Positions 60,611-64,000 of a stretch of DNA of 64,000 nt are shown here, piece after piece. The translations under genes were made by a program, and so were the position numbers. This stretch comes from Promethearchaeota archaeon. GTDB taxonomy: Archaea > Asgardarchaeota > Lokiarchaeia > Sigyniarchaeales > SOKP01. The number at the start of each line of letters is the position of its first letter. The first letter of the stretch is position 1. Location of the stretch: NCBI GenBank assembly GCA_016839555.1, contig JAEOUA010000002.1, positions 1-64,000 of the forward strand. The letters are read 5' to 3'. A model generated the notes under the pieces. It made no database searches. It was not told where the DNA came from and saw only the letters and a program-made list of their open reading frames with translations.

Positions 60611-61840
60611 ATGAATAAACAACATAACATAGATGAGCTAATTTTAAAGATTGAATATGATCCTGATCAAAAATCCAGAATCAAGAGTTTACAAACACTT
60701 AAAGAATTAGAATTACTAACTTTTGCTCATATTAATTTTTTAGAGAATTTAGCAATTGGAGACACCAACCTTAATATAAGGCAAATAGCTTTAAGCATTC
60801 TCATAAATAAATTCTATGAGAAAGTGAACTTATTAATCGAATGGATATTCCAATTTGAAAAAACACCAAGAATTGCGGCAACGGTTACGGGATTGTTATT
60901 TAAGAAAAAAAAAGAAGATTTAATGGAACATATAATTAGATTTTTAGATAATAATGTAAAAAACAATGGTAATTTAAGTCTTAAAATATATAACAAAGAA
61001 TTATCGAAGTTGTTTAATAATAAATCTTTAAAGTCTTTTTCTAGTGAAGAGTTAATGAATATATATCTTAATTATATATTTATTTTAAATCTAGAAGAAA
61101 GGTTTAAATTCTCGGAAAACCTTAACACCAAGTCGCTAACATACATACTTAAGGAAGGCCTTATTGTCGAATTAAGAATATGGGGCCTTACTCTTAGGAA
61201 AGTGAGTGAAATTGATGGTATTGAATTATTGAAAATGTTAAGAGTATTAGATCTTTCAGGTAATAATTTTCAAGAAATTAACGGATTAGAATCTTTAAAA
61301 TCATTAGAAATTCTTAAATTTGGTGATCTAAATTATGGTACTGGAAATCAAATTACCGAAATCAAAGGATTATCCTCATTGAAAAATCTAAGGGTACTAA
61401 ATCTCTCTAATAATTATATCAATGAAATCAAAGGACTTGAAAATTTGCTTGATCTTAAGAGACTATATCTTGTCAATAATTCATTAAAAGAGATTAAAGA
61501 GCTAGATATGCTTCATAGCCTAGTTTATTTAAATCTTGAGAAAAATCATATTACCCAAATTCAGGGTATTGATCAATTAATTTCATTAGAAGTTTTAGTT
61601 TTAGGAAAAAATTCAATCGTAAGATTAAATATACCAGACCTTCCGAATTTGAAAGAAATAAGAATTTATGGTAATCCTCTTTCTGAAATTGGACCAACAA
61701 AATTAAAAAATGAAATTGAATTAAAATTATACTCCTCCGAAATTGAAAAAATGAAGTGGTTAAATTCTATTACTGGAATTAAAATAAAGAGTGTTGAAAC
61801 AGTAAAACCTACCGAATATGAATCTAGATATTTACAATAA
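60611..61840 (+). CDS. Leucine-rich repeat protein (SDS22-like) with N-terminal HEAT-like repeats
   Basis: Repeats of LxxLxLxxNxIxEIKGLxxL; N-terminal LENLAIGD...IRQIAL. Confidence 0.9.
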   Translation: MNKQHNIDELILKIEYDPDQKSRIKSLQTLKELELLTFAHINFLENLAIGDTNLNIRQIALSILINKFYEKVNLLIEWIFQFEKTPRIAATVTGLLFKKKKEDLMEHIIRFLDNNVKNNGNLSLKIYNKELSKLFNNKSLKSFSSEELMNIYLNYIFILNLEERFKFSENLNTKSLTYILKEGLIVELRIWGLTLRKVSEIDGIELLKMLRVLDLSGNNFQEINGLESLKSLEILKFGDLNYGTGNQITEIKGLSSLKNLRVLNLSNNYINEIKGLENLLDLKRLYLVNNSLKEIKELDMLHSLVYLNLEKNHITQIQGIDQLISLEVLVLGKNSIVRLNIPDLPNLKEIRIYGNPLSEIGPTKLKNEIELKLYSSEIEKMKWLNSITGIKIKSVETVKPTEYESRYLQ

Positions 61841-61901
61841 CTTTTTTTAATAATGCTAAAAGTATATTGAATTTAAGCAAAGCAAGTTTTTGAGAATTAT
61901 C

Positions 61902-62546
61902 TTAAAGAAATATTAGATTGAATAATGTTCTTTCAATTTTGCGAATATGCTCGTATATAGCACTTTGAGAAATTTTAAAATGTTCGGCTAAATCTGAGCC
62001 GTTAATTTTACGAGGAATTTCAAAATAACCATTTTTAACTGCATAATATGCAATTTCCTTTTGACGGTCAGTTATTAGAAAAAATAGATTATCAAGATTT
62101 GGATGTATATTTGTTATACTCAAAATTTTAAATCCTGAACCAAAAATTTTTTCATTTTTAGAGATGATTTTGTCAAGATTTTCATTATCACAAATAAATG
62201 AGATAGTCATTGAATTATTTTCCATTATTATTGGAGGATCAATAATAAAATCAGGGGCATTTGTAATATCTTTCATCTCATCCAGCCATTTAGAACCTGC
62301 AAAACAAACAAACTCATTCGTTTTTTTATCTTGTGTTAAAACTTCAATATATTCAATTCCATATTGCCCCTCAAACGCTTTTGGATTAATATTAGGATCT
62401 TTGAATTTAAATTTTTCAGTTGCATAAATGATCTCTTCATCTATACGGTATATTTGACTTATTTCAAAATATTCAATCCTTTCAAAAAAATCTTGAAAGC
62501 TTGGATGAATAGGTGTTTTTAAAGTTAATCTTTTTTTCTTTTTCAT
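61902..62546 (-). CDS. HTH_10 (bacterio-opsin activator-type) transcriptional regulator
   Basis: ITDRQKEIA..AVKNGYFEIPRKI...LAEHFKISQSAIYEHIRKIE. Confidence 0.9.
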   Translation of the reverse strand: MKKKKRLTLKTPIHPSFQDFFERIEYFEISQIYRIDEEIIYATEKFKFKDPNINPKAFEGQYGIEYIEVLTQDKKTNEFVCFAGSKWLDEMKDITNAPDFIIDPPIIMENNSMTISFICDNENLDKIISKNEKIFGSGFKILSITNIHPNLDNLFFLITDRQKEIAYYAVKNGYFEIPRKINGSDLAEHFKISQSAIYEHIRKIERTLFNLIFL

Positions 62547-62715
62547 TTAAATCGCTTCCAAATTTTAATAATTAAAAATATAATTAGAGACTGCTTTACT
62601 TCTCAAGCATAATTTATTTTTATTTCCTATTATATTTAAATTATACTTAGAATTAGGTTTTTTAGCTAAAATTAAAAGAATTAAATAATCTTAAAAAAAT
62701 AAGTGTGTATTGAAT

Positions 62716-64000
62716 ATGAGAGAAGGTGAGAAAGTAAGATATCCAAAAATGAATAGAATGTGGCGTATTGCCTCTAAAGAAGATTTAGAGAGAATTGACA
62801 ATGCAGCATATCATATCTTGAGCGAAATTGGGGTTCATATCGATGATAAAGACTGTATAGAGTATTTAAAGGACGCCCCAGTAGAAATAGATGAAAAGGA
62901 ACTTATTGTGAAGTTTCCAGAGTATTGGGTAAGAGAAATGATTGCAAAAGCTCCAAAATCTTATCTTTTAGCTGCAAGAGATCCTAATAATGATTTACTT
63001 GTGTCTAGTTACCATAATGATTTTTATAACCTTTTCACTAGTGGCTCGACAAAAATGTATATTTGGAATGAACAAACAAGTCAATGGGATTCTAAAACTC
63101 CTGGTGAAGAAGATGTAATAAGAGGTTTTAGAATGATTGATGCAGTTGATGCATATGATGGATTTTTCGGAACTCCCGTTGAAGATGTGAAACGTAGTCA
63201 TCAAGGACTTCCTGCGGAGTTACATACAACCTATAATAAGATGAAATTCTCCACTAAACATGGAGGACCATGTGCAATAACAGAAGGAGGATTAAAGGAA
63301 TGGGATTATGTAGGTAAATTGGCTGCCGAAGTGCAAGGAGGTTTTGATGAATTAAAAAAACGTCCTATAATTGCAGGATTACCTACAACTATTGGACCTC
63401 TAACCTGTACGCGACAAAACTTTTGGGCAGCGGTCGGAAGTGCGAAATATCATTTACCAACATATCCATATTGGGGTGGAACAGCACCTTTTACCGCACC
63501 AGCAACAGCTCCAGCACAAAATGCCTTAGCTGTGGCGTGTACTCATTTTTGTATTGCATTATCGCAATATTTAGATCCTGGAACGGCAGCTATTCCTTGG
63601 CCTCAACCTACATCTGTCGACCCTCAATCAGGACAATTAGCTGTGGGTCCTCTCCCTAGTATATTACTCGGAATGGGGGGTCAAGTTTATCAAGATTTAT
63701 ACGGTCTTCCTATTGGGGGATGTGCATATTGTTTGTCATCATCCTTAGATGAAGCGGGAGCTACATGGGCATTATCTTTATTAATGGAAGCATTATGGGG
63801 TGTTAACATACAACAAGTAGGTTCTACACCTGGAGCGTTTATGTGGGAGACTATTGTAATGGGTGAGACTTTAGTTAATTACACGAAACAAGTACTCTAT
63901 GAACTTACTGAAGATGTGCTTAATATAGATGAGGAACATTTAGCATTAGATGTCATAAAAGAAGTCGGGCCAAAAGGACAATTTACAACACATCCTCAAA
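62716..64000 (+). CDS. MttB/MtgB-superfamily corrinoid-dependent methyltransferase, non-pyrrolysine; partial at the 3' end
   Basis: My translation from ATG 62716 has no stop to the window end: ERIDNAAYHILSEIGV, VKFP, KAPKSYLLAARDP, TAPAT, YGLP, IDEEHLALDVIKEVGPKGQF. Not in the ORF track. Confidence 0.88.
   Translation, partial: MREGEKVRYPKMNRMWRIASKEDLERIDNAAYHILSEIGVHIDDKDCIEYLKDAPVEIDEKELIVKFPEYWVREMIAKAPKSYLLAARDPNNDLLVSSYHNDFYNLFTSGSTKMYIWNEQTSQWDSKTPGEEDVIRGFRMIDAVDAYDGFFGTPVEDVKRSHQGLPAELHTTYNKMKFSTKHGGPCAITEGGLKEWDYVGKLAAEVQGGFDELKKRPIIAGLPTTIGPLTCTRQNFWAAVGSAKYHLPTYPYWGGTAPFTAPATAPAQNALAVACTHFCIALSQYLDPGTAAIPWPQPTSVDPQSGQLAVGPLPSILLGMGGQVYQDLYGLPIGGCAYCLSSSLDEAGATWALSLLMEALWGVNIQQVGSTPGAFMWETIVMGETLVNYTKQVLYELTEDVLNIDEEHLALDVIKEVGPKGQFTTHPQ

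Noticed and set aside
62995-63659. Short ORFs 62995-63204 and 63423-63659
   Set aside because: They lie inside the long MttB reading frame that runs off the window end.
1-64000. CRISPR arrays, tRNA/rRNA genes, IS elements, DGR or retron, selenoprotein/SECIS
   Set aside because: I saw no repeat-spacer array, structured RNA gene, transposase, integrase, reverse transcriptase or in-frame TGA at a catalytic Cys position. A covariance-model scan would be needed to exclude small RNAs.

Overview
Strongly AT-rich archaeal chromosomal window, most likely from an Asgard archaeon of the Lokiarchaeia/Promethearchaeota type. The assignment rests on longin, roadblock-like and uDENN-like proteins, a HEAT+LRR protein, a Loki-CTERM-like surface protein, archaeal VapBC pairs, an HTH_10 regulator and GGTGA/GAGGT ribosome-binding sites. 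It holds about 50 mostly monocistronic metabolic and transport genes: thiC, Sir2, GH4, three GPH-type MFS and one other MFS transporter, sulfatases, acyl-CoA ligase, enoyl-CoA hydratase, class II RNR, a corrinoid reductive activator and a non-Pyl MttB-family methyltransferase. I saw no rRNA, tRNA, CRISPR array, integrase or transposase. The best candidate for an undescribed system is a divergent four-gene cluster at 21.9-25.5 kb: a stand-alone ATP-grasp dikinase domain, a stand-alone phospho-His swivel domain, a 388-aa unknown protein (candidate substrate-binding subunit) and a cyclase/lipocalin-like beta protein. Together these look like a fully split small-molecule:water dikinase. Other highlights are a thermosome paralog lacking both catalytic aspartates, a uDENN-longin fusion, a protein of six His-bearing 2TM repeats, probable ATT/ATC start codons, and many intergenic gene remnants. 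All assignments come from motif recognition by eye; no database searches were run.
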